64,000 bases of DNA from positions 744,001 to 808,000 of the forward strand of contig OX597839.1 of NCBI GenBank assembly GCA_951406725.2. Direction: 5' to 3'. The translations under genes were made by a program, and so were the position numbers. Under the pieces are notes generated by a model that was not told the DNA's origin, did not search any database, and was given only the letters and a program-made list of their open reading frames with translations. The stretch comes from Octopus vulgaris. Lineage: Eukaryota. Shown here piece after piece: positions 38,895 through 52,896 of this stretch; the first letter of the stretch is position 1, and the number at the start of each line of letters is the position of its first letter.

Positions 38895-40476
38895 ATCCAA
38901 GGTGTAACGCAGTGGGGCTGAACCCGGAACCATGTAGTTAGGAAGGAAGATACGTACGACACAGCAACCCCTGTATGAAAGTACATATATGTATGGTACG
39001 AACAAGCCGATGACTCAAGATTTTCTAACAAATAAAACACAAAAGGGATCACTTTAACCCGTCGTATACCTTACACTTCGAATTCTGAGAATTGCATTAT
39101 TGTTAAAGTTATTCACCAGAATAGGATATTGTGGTCAAGCAAATTAATAAATAACAATGACGTTAGCAAAAAAAAAACCACACACCAAACTGAAATTGTA
39201 TAAGCTATCGATCACATCAGGTTTATAGTTTATGGAGCATGAATAAATAGATTTCCTTTGATTCTCAAATCTATATATCTATGTTTCTACGAATGACATC
39301 CTATTATGGAGATACCTCGTATTAATGGTTTATTTTCATGAATACACACACAAGGCGAACACACTCACACCGACATCCATACAACATTCAATTCACTTGT
39401 ACGTCAGTTGAATTCTACATAGATATGTGTATTAAGTATTTTACAATCAATAAATTAACTAGAGAGGTACAATTGGTAATCTAACCATGTATTTACATTA
39501 TAATATAACATAATATACTATGAATATAAAATAACATGACATTAAAATCATAAAAAACAAAAAATAATTTGTTTCGACCAATATACATTTTTTTTTATAT
39601 ACAAACAATTCAATTCATATATAAGCCTCATCGGAGCTAAAGGTTTAAAGATAGACGAAATTCCATGTGAAAGGGCGGCTAGATTGAAAAGAAAATTCAA
39701 ATGCCTATGTATTGTGAGCGTGAGCGTTAATGTTTCAACTACATAGCAAATTACAATTCAAATGCAACAAAATTATAACGAGCAAACTAATTAAGTAGAA
39801 TCTACAACTGTCGAAACATATTTCTATATATCTCAAATAATATTAGTTCAAACAACTTTGCGTCAAAGACAATCTTTTACTGTTTTAACAACAACCAAAT
39901 ATATATATATATATACGACGGGCTTCCTTCAGTTTCCGACTGCCAAATCCACTCACAAGGCTTTGGTCGGCCCGAAGCTATTTTAGAAGACACTTGCCCA
40001 AGGTGTAACGCAGTGGGGCTGGACCTGAAACCATGTGGTTAGTAAGGAAGATACGTACGACACAGCAACCCCTGTATGAAAGTACATATATGTATGGTAC
40101 GAACAAGCCGATGACTCAAGATTTTCTAACAAATAAAACACAAAAGGGGTCCCTTTAACCCGTCGTATACCTTACACTTCGAATTCTGAGAATTGCATTA
40201 TTGTTAAAGTTATTCACCAGAATAGGATATTGAGGTCAAGCAAATTAATAAATAACAATGACAACAGAAATTGTATAAGCTATCGCTCATATCAGTTTTA
40301 TAGTTTATGGAGTATGAATAAATTGATTTCCTTTGATTCTCAAATCTATATATCTATGTTTCTACGAATGACATCCTATTATGGAGTTACCTCATATTAA
40401 TGGATTTTTTTTCATGAATACACACACACACGCGAACACTCTCACACCGACACCCACACAACATTCAATTCACTTG
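38895..40476. repeat. ~500-bp direct duplication (38895-39400 vs 39996-40476)
   Basis: Near-identical sequence from CCAAGGTGTAACGCAG to ATTCAATTCACTTG, offset ~1.1 kb. Confidence 0.85.
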
Positions 40477-40823
40477 AATATATATATAAATATATATATG
40501 TATGTATGTATGTATATATGTATGTATGTATGTACGTATATATTTAAATTAAGTATCAGGGTCTCACTTAATCGAGAAACTGTAATAGAACGTGTATAAA
40601 ACTATAAATTACAATTATATTGGTGATATATAAGAACTCTTCTGTTTATTTAAAGTTATCGATATACAAAAGATTGTTTAATGTAATGAATAAAAAAAAT
40701 GCATATTAATGTGTCTGGTGATAGTCATTCTCTTTTAGTGCCTTATTATCTAACACACTCACCGGTTCGATTTCCACTCATTTATTTATCAGTTCCTGAA
40801 ATTTTCGTTGCATCTTCCAACCT

Positions 40824-40933
<110 letters not shown>

Positions 40934-41045
40934 GTGCTTAGGCTCAAAACGTTAAAGACTTTTTCACTTCCCGAGAGTTATACTTATACGTCTGTTTGTT
41001 GTCTACACCACCTGTCTTCGTCTTTTGTCTTTTTGTAAATTTTCC

Positions 41046-41122
<77 letters not shown>

Positions 41123-41179
41123 CATACATATGCGTGCGTTTACATGTTTGTGTCTATCTGTCTATATACAATTACAACG

Positions 41180-41224
<45 letters not shown>

Positions 41225-41797
41225 TATATAGATATATAAAACTGAGAATATGTGTCTGTCTGTGTGTCCGTGTGAATCCTTGAAACCTGAGAACTACACA
41301 ACCAATTTCATTCAAATTTTACACATGCCTTATTTAAGGTTCATGTAATGTCATGGGCAAAAAAATGTTAACTTCTTGACTAGGGCGAGCCCAGAGCAAT
41401 ATCATATTTTCTCCACTTTTTCAGTATTACGTGTCAAAAATGAAACAAAAACATCTCTGTATTGTAATGTCAGACGGTTTCACTTTAATACTGAAACTAT
41501 TAAATTGAAACTATTATATAAGTGAGATGAACTGTAAGTGGACATCCATTACGCTAGAAGAAGATCCGCTATGGTCTTACCACTAACAAAGGAATGGTAA
41601 GACCATAGAGATTTCTTTCTAGCATAATGGATGTCCACTTACACCTAATCCCTCTTATATGTATGTAATATAATTTTTTTCTGAAACTTCAGACGTTTCA
41701 ATAGGCTACACCACTGGTTTTAAAATGATATTAATCAAATTAATATTCAATTTTTCACCCTTATTATTTTAAATTTAAATGTACATGTATATGTGTA

Positions 41798-41887
<90 letters not shown>

Positions 41888-42372
41888 TGTACATGTAATA
41901 TGTACACATATATATATACATATATGCATGCATATATATATACACCTATAGACACACACATACATAGGTGCAAGTGTGGCTGTGTGGTAACAAACATGGT
42001 TCCAAAACACATGGTCCTGGGTTCAGTCCTACTGTATGGTAACTTGGCATGTGTCTTCTGCTATAGCCTCAAACCAACCAAAGCCGTGTCAGTGGATTTT
42101 ATAGACAGAAATTGAAAGAAATTAATCGTATATATATGTATGTATATATGTAAGTCTGTATGTGTGTCTTTGTATTTCTCTCTCATCACTGCTTCACAAC
42201 TGTTATTCGTTTATTTATAACCCCATAACTTACTCGTTTCACAAAAAGAAACTGATAGAATAAGTACCAGGCTTATCAAAATAAAAAAAAAACCCACTAG
42301 GCAGTATCTCATACTTTTGTTTGCCCACTCACTTGTATCTATTAATTTATTTATGTGTGTATCTGTGTATAC

Positions 42373-42421
<49 letters not shown>

Positions 42422-42671
42422 ATTTCGTTGACAGAAACGTAAAGAAATCAATCATATATATATATGTATGTATATATGTAAGTGTATGTGTATGACTTTG
42501 TTTCTGTGTTTGGTCCTCATCACTGCTTCATAACTGCTGTTCGTTTATTTACATCCTCATAACTTACTGGTTTCACAAGAAGAAACTAATAGAATAAGTA
42601 CCAGACTTATCAACATAAAAAGCACTAGGCTCTGTCTCATATTTTTGTTTACCTACACACATACGCACACG

Positions 42672-42707
<36 letters not shown>

Positions 42708-42734
42708 CATGAATGTATATGTGCACATTCGTAT

Positions 42735-44401
42735 CTATTATATCAAAGTCAATGTCTTTATGTATTCGTGTGTTACTTATTCATTCGAAAACTGCTGAAC
42801 CGATCATAATGAAATTTGGAACGCAAAATCCAAGCCTAGGGAGAAGGGTAATGCTGTTTGTTCCATACAATTTCATTGACCAAAATTACTGATTGAATCC
42901 TAGAGATATTTGAAACTTAGATTCAATGCATAAGGGCGGGTATAATGCAATATGTTTGGTTTGAATTTCAGATGGCTTAAAGGGGGCAGAACCCCGCCCC
43001 CATGAAAATTCATAAATTTTCGATGTTGATGAAATTTCAGGCATGGGTAATTGGCACACATCAAGAAGCATTCTCAAAGTTTCCACTTAACAAGAGGATT
43101 CTAAGATACCCTCATGGGGACCTTAACCCCCAAATTTTAGTAATTTCTTTTATGGTCCAAAACTAGGTCAAAAGTACTGAATGAATCTTTGCGAAATTTG
43201 GAAATTATATTCTATGCATAAGGGCCATAACCCCCATGACAATTCATATATTTTTGCTGTTGATGAAATTTTAACCATAGATATCAAATACAAATGAAGT
43301 AATATTTATAAAATTTCATCTTCTTACAAGTTAGAAAGATCTCTTTATAGTGACGTAACACCCACAATTTTGTCATTTTATCTTAGCAAAGACGAATACA
43401 GTTGTACTCTTAGAAGCTGTACGGTCACCCGAGCATAAAAGATGAGCATTATTTGTAATTCAATGGTACACCAGTGTAACAGTTTGCTTTGAGATACAAC
43501 TACATTGTGATTTCTGCAATGTGGTGCATAAATTGTCAAGTAAATGAGAGGCATCTTTGCTTCCATTGATTCAGTTGCAAAGTGTTCAGTAAAGTTATTT
43601 GATTGCAGACCTCCTTTCACTCTTTTTATTTTCACTGGGTCACACAGATGATAACATTGATTTCAAGGCCTTCCCAGTTGAGTGACTGGTTATTCAAAGA
43701 CATTTATAAATTGTAAATTTATTCTGTCCAGTTACATATCAGTATAGTGGTAATTTGTAAACTCCAGCTTTCATTTCTCCTTAGCCCTCACGTCACATTT
43801 GTTAATGTTTATTTCAGTTGGGTCACGCCCTCCCAATTACTATAGATTCGTAATGCATCTTATGGCTGTGCCTGTCACTTGAATGGTGAGGAATACTACA
43901 TTGGGAGTAGCAATGACTAGGCTAGAGTAGCTGACTGCTTATTGTAATCATTCGTCTTTTCGTTTCCTGTAGCTTTGCTCTCCTTTACAAACCCAGTGAA
44001 CATATATTTCCTATTTCAAAGAAATTCAAACAATAGATAAAAGACCCAAGTTAAAAAGATTCTCAACAATTCAACTTCTCTGAGTGATATTAAGATGCCC
44101 ACCACCAATAGGGGCCTTAACTCTCACATTTTAGAGCTCCATGACCTCCATTTTTCAGGAGCAAAATCTTTTAACAGGTTCAATAAGACTGGAATTTTGG
44201 AATATGCGCATAAAAATTAGTAGTATGGGATACTTGTGGCATGATTACAATATTTTAGGGTATGTAAAGAGGGAAATAACCCTCATCTGCAATTTTGATG
44301 AAATTCGAAACATAGGTATTCCAGGTCATTACAGAAAATATAATAGAAAAATCTAATTCTTCAAATGCATGTAACACGGGCAACGCCGGGTAAATCTGCT
44401 A

Positions 44402-44402
<1 letters not shown>
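42735..44402 (+). mobile_element. Longer Helitron-like non-autonomous element
   Basis: 3' end CGGGCAACGCCGGG...CTGCTAG|T. The internal part (~43000-43500) also occurs at ~20570-21080. Confidence 0.55.
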
Positions 44403-44436
<34 letters not shown>

Positions 44437-44538
44437 ACTTATAAATAAGGGCAAACGAAAGAATTTCTAATGCCAAATATGCCGAAAATTGGACATAATG
44501 TCCATTTACCATATAATTTTTTTCCCAGTACGCACACT

Positions 44539-45158
44539 CATCATCATCATTGATCGACCGTGGTCGAGACAATGGAATTTACCATGCTACGCCAGACTTC
44601 ACGGTCCATCATAGCATTACGGAGGTCCTGTTGCTAGATGCCTGTATCCCTGGAGATTACATCAGGGTAGGAGAGTGTGCGCCCTCTGGCATTGCGAGTA
44701 GATGGCTTCCAGAGGAGAAGAGTAGAAATTACTTCTTTTTCGGCTCTACAACAATGTCCAGTAAACTGGACTCTCCTACCTTTCACAAGAGATGACACAG
44801 GTGGTAATTTCCCATATATTTGCATTTTGGTTGGATGGCGCTTCCACGAGAGATTTTGAGCTCTCATAAGGAGGCGAGTGTAGGTTCCATCCAACCGCCT
44901 CTCAAGCTTCTTTGATAACGTCCAGGTTTCTGAGCCATATAGTAGAATTGGTTGGACTGTGGCTTTGAATATTTCAAGTTTGAAGTCTCTACTGAGATTT
45001 GATGACCAGATCTTATGCATGTCATTACAGGCTGACCAGGCCATACCCTTTCTAGTTAGAAAGTCTTTTCCAGATGATGATATGTATGACCCAAGATATT
45101 TATAATCAGAAACCATATTTAAAGGCGCACTGTTGAGAGTGTGGATGATGCAATCACT
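44539..45158 (-). mobile_element. 5'-truncated RTE-type LINE with 11-bp TSD
   Basis: ORF ...YKYLGS...LLYGSETWTL...GH... and (ATG)n tail. TSD GTACGCACACT at 44528-44538 and 45159-45169. Confidence 0.9.
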
Positions 45159-45324
45159 GTACGCACACTACTCGAAAAACGTTGACAGAAATCTCTAAAA
45201 AATTCCATTATTACCATATCGGACCGATTATTTCTATTTTGGATTTTTGGGGGTACTTAGTTGTGCTCATGACTTAGTGTTTGCTTCTTCCATGAGTAAG
45301 TATCGCATTTACTTCTTTGCCACA

Positions 45325-45382
45325 TGTATCACTGACGAAGGGAGGGTTCTTTTTGAACTAACCCTGAAATCGTTCCGATATG
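45325..45382 (+). ncRNA. Minimal type-I hammerhead ribozyme motif (canonical core)
   Basis: TATCa-CTGACGA-AGGG.ag.GGTTC-ttttt-GAACT.aa.CCCT-GAAA-TCGT-TC^-cGATA. The inverted arm reads AATCGGTCCGATA (GUC site). Confidence 0.7.
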
Positions 45383-45591
45383 GTAATAATGGAATTTTTT
45401 AGAGATTTCTGTCGACCTAAAAAAATTATATGGTAAATGGACATTATGTCCAATTTTCGGCATATTTGGCATTAGAGATGTTTTCGTTTGCCCTTATTTA
45501 TAAGTTGTTTATAATTTAACCTTTAAAGGTATTTTTTAATATACTGGCCATTGATAAAATGTTTTTCGAAAAAACTTTTTATCCTACATTA

Positions 45592-45678
<87 letters not shown>

Positions 45679-45739
45679 GTATATATATATATATGTGTGT
45701 ATATATATATATATATATACATACATATATATATATAAT

Positions 45740-46840
45740 ATTGACATCGTTCATCATGTGAAAGTGACGCTGACATTAGTTTCGGATCACAACATAATAG
45801 AGCTGTCTATGTATGGGTCAAATGTATATACAGATATACAGCCTAAAGGAAGCACCCAAATTCTCTTCTGTCTGAATTTTCACAAAGCAGACTAGATATC
45901 GATCCAAACTTAGATCCTCAGACAGGACTGGCCGAAATGTCTCTCCACACCTGATATCGGATTGAAACTAGAGTATATCGTGTCTGTTATGCAAGCTATA
46001 TACTACGAATATGTCCCAGAGCTCAAGGCCAACAAAAAAGAAAACGAGATTGTAAGGGAGAAGTAGATCGTCATGAGACGAGGGACGAAGATTGCAAATC
46101 ACTTCAACCAACATCCCAAAAGTAGTGAAAGCTCCCGCCTAAAAACAACACTGATGGATTTTGAAAAAAGCCTACAACAATTTTATGTGAAGAAGAGAGT
46201 TCAGACAAAGAAGCCTGTGTTATAAAAAGCATCAAGTCAAAACCAAAGGCTTTCTTTCATTATACCAAAGGAACAGCCTCAGTGCTTTGCAAAATAGGAA
46301 CCCTCTTCCAGAAGGACGGCTTCCTCACAGGCAATCCAATAAGGACCAGTGAAATATTGAATGACCAGTTCAAAAGTGTCTTTACCCCGTTTGAACGTAG
46401 ACAAGTGAACGAGCCAACAGATATTTTGGCCGCCTCACCTATAAACGGCGAGGTAGTTACCATGGATACATCGATATTAGGGAAGATGTAATACTAGCCA
46501 TATGTGAGGTGGACGCAAACTCAGCTGCTGGATCCGATGGTTTTTAAGCAACCCTCCTCAAACCGTGCAAACTTGCCCTGGCAAAACCACTAGAGATTCT
46601 CATCCAGACTTTCCTTGCAAATGACACGATGCCAAGCAAACTGAAGGAGGGAATATTATGCCTAGTCCATAGAGGAGGACGCATAGCAAATACCAAAATT
46701 ATAGGCCTATCACTTTAAACTCACACGCCAGCAAAGTCAGAATGATTAGTCAGAAAGAATTTAATCGCATTCCTTCAAGAAAGCGACTTGCTGAGAAAAC
46801 GACTTGCCCAGGACGGAGCCGCCTGACAGATGCTACAACT
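45740..46840 (+). mobile_element. Decayed CR1/L2-like LINE (endonuclease end to RT start)
   Basis: [26 protein letters not shown], and SAAGSDG...YRPITLNSH-like remnants with many stops. Confidence 0.6.
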
Positions 46841-46849
46841 TCTGATTCT

Positions 46850-48580
46850 TTCCTCATCACTGAATGTTTGATTCCGTCCCCTTCAAATACCCTTAGGTAT
46901 TGGAGCTCTCCGGCGGTTCTAACTCCTTTATGACATTCTGCTAGTTAAGATTAACATCGGATGTTTCTGTTAATTTTCCCTTGATAAAGGTAGCTTCTGC
47001 ACATTGTTTGGTGCTAGTTTTGAGTATGTTGTTGTCCTTGAAGTATCTAATGCGCTTTTCATACCTTAGCACATCCCTTTTGATTGATAGTTTCTATGGC
47101 GGTATTGATGTCAAGTATAGTTTTAATATTATATGTTTTCTTTAATTTTCGGATTTTTGTTGGTTTGATAGTTTTGTCAAACGTAAGGGTTTCTAAACAT
47201 TCTATGTCAGACCTATTTAGCTGAATCTGGTATTGAATACGCTCTTGCCAAGTAAGCTTTTGTGGGAATGTTGTCGTTTTCTAATCTTTTCACCACATAG
47301 AATCGCTGAGATTTTCTCGGATGCAAAGTACAGGTGGTTGAAATGTGTAATATCAACATCATTAGTTGAAATTATATCCTTAAGTGCAAGGCGGATTTCA
47401 CAAATTACTTTCAGGTTTTGGTTAGAATTGCGAAGTTCATTCGCACTGGTTTCCTTAATTTTCAGCCATTCAATCATGATTTGATATTTTAGATCATGTA
47501 GTTCTGTTGGGTCAATTTCTGTGTGACTTTCTTCGTCTTTTTGATTAAATAAGTACCACTTAAGTACTTGGTGTATCTAACTGAGTGTCCCACACCCCAC
47601 AGCTATCAGATTAAAATGACAATTACCGATAATGCTTGAAGAGCTCTTGAAGAGCTCTTGCTATTACAAGCAATGATGAGTTTTGTAAGTGTTCTCTCTC
47701 TACATTTGTACCAATCTTTTTGAGCCACGTTGGTAGTTGAGTGCTGATATTATAAGCGCACCAATCACTATTGTTATTACGTCCACTTCCTCCATTTTTC
47801 CACAACCTGTGTCCAACCAATGTCAGATTTACGACATTTAACCTGATGATTACACCGCATTATTGCATCCCACAGGAGTTTGCAATCATTCTCAGAAACT
47901 CCTTCTAAGGTTTGGTCATACTACCTCTCTGATGTTTCTTGGCCATAATTTCCACAGAGCTCCCAATGGATCATTCCTGCAACGTTGTTATGTCATCTTT
48001 TGTAACTACGTTGTGCCAATGTCGGGCATCCACTAACAACGTGCTATACTGCTTCACCTCTCACACCACACGGTCTGCATTTGTCGCTCTCAGTTGTGTT
48101 ATCATTTTTGCACTTCACATAGTTTGTCCTTAATACTTGTTCTTGTTTCTGTGTTCAGGTCACACCTCCGCATTCATAACCACCAGCCTTCTCTATCTGC
48201 CTCGTCATGCAAAATAGCAGTACATTATTTCTCTTTCCATACCATTTCGTTTTTTGTGTCCTTTTCCTCTTTGAATTTTTCTTTCTAAGCACAATTATCA
48301 ATTTTGATGATACTGGACTTCTTCACATGTTCTAGCAATGGTTTCATGGCATTTTATTATATACAACCTAATCTGTTTTCTGTTGCTTCGACACAATCAC
48401 GATAACTAATCAAACTTCTCCAATCCTTTCTTCTGGACAAGTATGCAAGTATAACCTATCAGCGTCACTCTTGGATGCAATGCTCCGTGCGTTGCCAACA
48501 GTTTTCGTGTATTCGTATCCATACACATCAATTCTTTCATTTGCCAGACACGTGAGGAATACATTTCTATCTTACACGCA
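46850..48580 (-). mobile_element. Old R4/Dong-type LINE fragments
   Basis: DTNTRKLLATHGALHPR and HLQNSSLLVIARAL are homologous to motifs of the intact-looking copy. Confidence 0.55.
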
Positions 48581-48584
48581 TACT

Positions 48585-51500
48585 TCACAGCAGGGCTCTA
48601 CCCCAAAAAAGAAAACACAACAAAACATACATATAAAATATGGAAGGAAAATAATAGAGATATAGACTTGGATACAGCAATGAACCCTAATAAATTAGCT
48701 AACGTACGAAGATACATTCTCAACACAAAAAAAATATCAGAAATAGAAATAGAACACCTAAAAGAAAACATACACCAGGAAAATGTAGATAGAAGCCACA
48801 CAACAATGCCCAATAATATAAACACTGAAACTGTAAAACACGAAGACAAACGCAACATTCCCAACAAACACGATGTAAACAACGAAGGGGAGCCTAATGA
48901 TTATGATAGTATAAAAAATAAAATAATCAAAGAACTGAAAACCACAGAGCTCAAAATGGACCACCGACCATACCTCCCAAGAATCAAAATAAACGAAATA
49001 ACAACACCTATTATAAACAGCATAAACCTAGCCGTCACTGAACTGATAGCCACTGAATAAAAAAAAAGTGATGTCACTGAGCTAAATAACTTAATATACG
49101 CCGCAGCCACTGCAGCCACAAAAGAAGCTGGATACTCACCCAAACCCGCCCAAACAGGAGTACCACCACCCAAACAAACCCTGTGGATAAATAACATCCA
49201 AAGCAAAATAAAAAAAATTAGAAAAGACCTGCCGATTCTTAATGAAATCAGCAAACAATCAACGCTACTGAGCAACAAAAAGAGAACAAAAATACTCCGC
49301 AAATATAACATCACAGAGAAAGATTTGCCTGAAATAAAAGAAAAGCTGAAGCAAGATATCCTTGCCAAAGCACAAAGGATCCGCCGGTACAAGAAACGCT
49401 AACGCTTCTTTGAAGAAAACAAAAAGTTCAACTTCAACCCCAAAAGTTCTACCAAGAACTGGGCAAAAATAAAATAGAAGTCACTGCAGCACCAACGGCA
49501 GAAGAATTGGAAGAATTCTGGAGAGAAATATGGTCGGCGAACGAACCACCAAAAAAAGGAGTATCAAAATAACAAACTCGGCATCTGAACAACTTTGGAC
49601 CCCCATAACAACTGAAGAGGTCACCCAGGCACTGCAAAGACTAAGCAACTGGAAGGCACCTGGGCATGACAAGATCCCCAACTTCTGGTTGAAATATCTA
49701 ACAGGAATGCACAAAAAACTGGCTGAAAACTTTAACAACGTACTAGCAGAGCCAGAGACAATGCCTGAATGGCTCACGAAGGGGAAAACCATCTTAATTC
49801 CCAAATCAAATGAAACAGAAAAACCAGAAAACTACAGACCAATAACCTGCCTCCCTACTATGTTCAAGGCATTTACTGCAGTGATATCACAAAGGCTGAA
49901 CAAGCACCTGGACGAAAACAAACTGTTCCCAGAAGAGCAGAAAGGATGCCGCAAAGGCTCATATGGCTGTAAAGATCAACTAATGATTAATAAAGCCATA
50001 ACTGAAGACAGCCACAGAAAGAAGAAAGGCCTCAGTATGGCCTGGATTGACTACAAAAAGGCGTTTGATAGCATCCCCCACACATGGATCCTCGAAACAC
50101 TAGCCATTAACAAAGTAGTACCAAACATCATAAAATTCATAGAGCACTCTATGAATAAATGGCAAACAGTCCTACACCTCCAAACAAAAGAGGGACTCAT
50201 GAAAACCAAAGACATCCCCATTAGAAGAGGAATATTCCAGGGAGACACGCTCTCTCCACTCCTTTTCTGCTTGGCACTGTCACCTCTATCTGATATGCTA
50301 AATAGAACTGGATGTGGATAAAGATGTTACGGCAAAACGATCAGCCACCTTTTATATATGGATGACCTAAAACTATACGCTGCAAATGACAAACAGCTGG
50401 AAACACTATTAAAGACAGTTCATGGATTTACCAAAGAAATAGATATGAAATTTGGATTAGAAAAATGCGCCAAAGTAACCCTGAAAAGAGGAAAACTAGT
50501 TAAGAGTAGCAACATCACACTAGATAAAACCAATGAAATAAAAGAATTAGACCAAAGCCAAACTTACAAATACTTAGGAATCCATGAACTAGATAAGACA
50601 CAACACACACAAATGAAAGAGAAAATAAAAAAAGAATATTATAGACGAGTTAGATCAATACTAAACACAGAGCTCAATGCTAAAAACAAGATAATAGGTA
50701 TCAACACTTTAGCTGTCCCAGTTATAAGTTACAGCTACAATATTCTCAACTGGACACTAAATGAACTGGCCAAAATAGATAGGAAAACAAGAAAAATAAT
50801 GACAGGATCTAGGATGCATTACCCAAAATCTGACATAGAAAGACTATATATACAACGTATAGAAGGTGGTAGAGGCCTTATACAGCTGGAAAACTACTAT
50901 AAAATAACCACCATAGGACTGCAAAAATATCTACTTCAGAAGGAAGGAAAACTGATACAAATAGCGGCAAAACACGAACAAAACAAAAAACTGTTCTCAG
51001 TATTTAAGGAAGCTGACAAATACAAACAAGAAATCATACCACCTAATAAATATGAAGAAGAAGAAGAAGAAGAAGAAGAAGATGAAGAAACAACAAAAGC
51101 TATAAGACAAATGAAATCCGAACTAAAAATAGAACAGCAACGAACCATGATAAAACGATGGCAAGAAAAGCCCCTTCACGGTAAATACTGGACTAAACTA
51201 AACGCAAAAGAAATAGACAAAGAAAAATCCAAGCAATGGTTGAGAAGCTCAGGACTCAAAGCAGAGACAGAGGGATTTTTAATTGCAGCACAAGACCAAA
51301 GCCTCCCCACCAGAAATTACCAAAAACATGTAATGAAAAGAAATATAACTAGTAACTGCAGAATATGTGGAGATGGACAAGAAACAATAAATCATATTAT
51401 CTCTGGCTGCCAAGTCCTGGCTAAGAAGGAATATATTCACAGACATGACAGAGTTAGAACCTACATACACTGGAAGCTATGCCAACATTATGGAATAACA

Positions 51501-52027
51501 ACAGAAAAAATATGGTATAGGCACACACCAGAAAAGGTCACAGAAAACGAGAAAGCAACCATACTCTGGGATATGCCGATACACACAGATAGAGAAATTA
51601 AGGCCAACAGACCAGATATAGTTGTCAGGGATCATGAAGAAGAAAAAGGCTTTCTAATTGATGTATCAATACCGGCAGATGACAACGTGTCTCTAAAAGA
51701 AATGGAGAAACTTTCAAAATACAAAGACCTGGAAATAGAGGTAACCAGAATGTGGAATCTAAAAACAGAAACAATTCATATCATAGTAGGTGCATTAAGC
51801 ATGATAAAAAAATATTCAGACAAATACATAACAAAAACACCAGGACTTACAAACACATATAACATACAGAAAATTGCACTACTAGGCACTGCACACATCC
51901 TACGCAGAACATTTTCCATGCAATAACCATCAGAGCATCACAACAAATCACAGCATATACCCAAGGCACACAGAGCTGCGCTCGGTAGGGAAGTGAAAGC
52001 ACGCTATAAAGATAAAACTACTGAAAA
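48585..52027 (+). mobile_element. Near-complete R4/Dong-clade non-LTR retrotransposon (RT, CCHC, REL endonuclease), (AAT)n 3' junction
   Basis: KAPGHD, YRPITCL, WIDYKKAFDS, GIFQGDTLSPLLF, YMDDLKLY, YKYLG, CRICG..ETINHIISGC, RHD, RPD..LIDV..K..KY. A few premature stops (49058, ~49400, 50319) and a frame break near 49550. ORF ends at 51926. Confidence 0.92.
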
Positions 52028-52078
52028 ATAATAATAATAATAAAAACAACAACAACAACAACAATAATGATAATAACG

Positions 52079-52144
<66 letters not shown>

Positions 52145-52145
<1 letters not shown>

Positions 52146-52641
52146 GGCCAGACATCATAGTAAAAGACTTCAGATAAAAAACATGCCTACTCATTGATAT
52201 GACTGTCCCAATCGATATGTCAGGATCTACCAGAAACTGAGCAAATATAAAGATCTGGCAATAGAAATCAGCAAAATGTGGAACGTGAAGACTAAAACAA
52301 TAGCTGTTGTCATAGGTACCCTGGGTATGATAGCAAAAGGGGCTGATTGCTACCTAACTCAGATACCAGGAAACCCCAAAATGGCAGAAATTCAAAAGAT
52401 TGTGCTCATGGGAACTGTTCATATCCTATGCAAAATATTTTCTATGTAATCTCAAGTTTTAAAACAAACATAATTTTCGTATGGTGTTTTTAGACATTAA
52501 CTAGAACCACACAAAGTACAAAACCAAATATATGGCACACTAAGCACAACACCAACACGAACTTCCAGGTTGTTGTCTCTTGAGGTCTCTGGGGGAGACT
52601 TGGAGCCAACTTGTGCAAATGTAAAGCAAAAGTCAAACATG

Positions 52642-52645
<4 letters not shown>
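52145..52645 (+). mobile_element. Second R4/Dong subfamily 3' fragment between two (AAT)n tracts
   Basis: RPDIIVKD...LIDM...KLSKYKDLAIEISKMW...IQKIVLMGTVHIL, with a 3' UTR different from the upstream element. Confidence 0.8.
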
Positions 52646-52689
<44 letters not shown>

Positions 52690-52831
52690 AATAATAATAA
52701 TAATAATAATAATATTAATAATAATAATAATAATAATAATAAATATGTATATAATAATAATAATAATAAATATGTAGTATCTATGTATGCATGTATAGAT
52801 ATTTACGTGTCTAAGTATGCATGTATGTATG

Positions 52832-52896
<65 letters not shown>

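Larger units (their letters stand above)
44432..45596 (+). mobile_element. Penelope-like non-autonomous fold-back element in (TA)n, interrupted by an RTE LINE
   Basis: Arms 44433-44523 plus 45182-45230 are inverted against 45368-45508. An ~85-nt unpaired tail follows. Central hammerhead motif. Confidence 0.7.
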
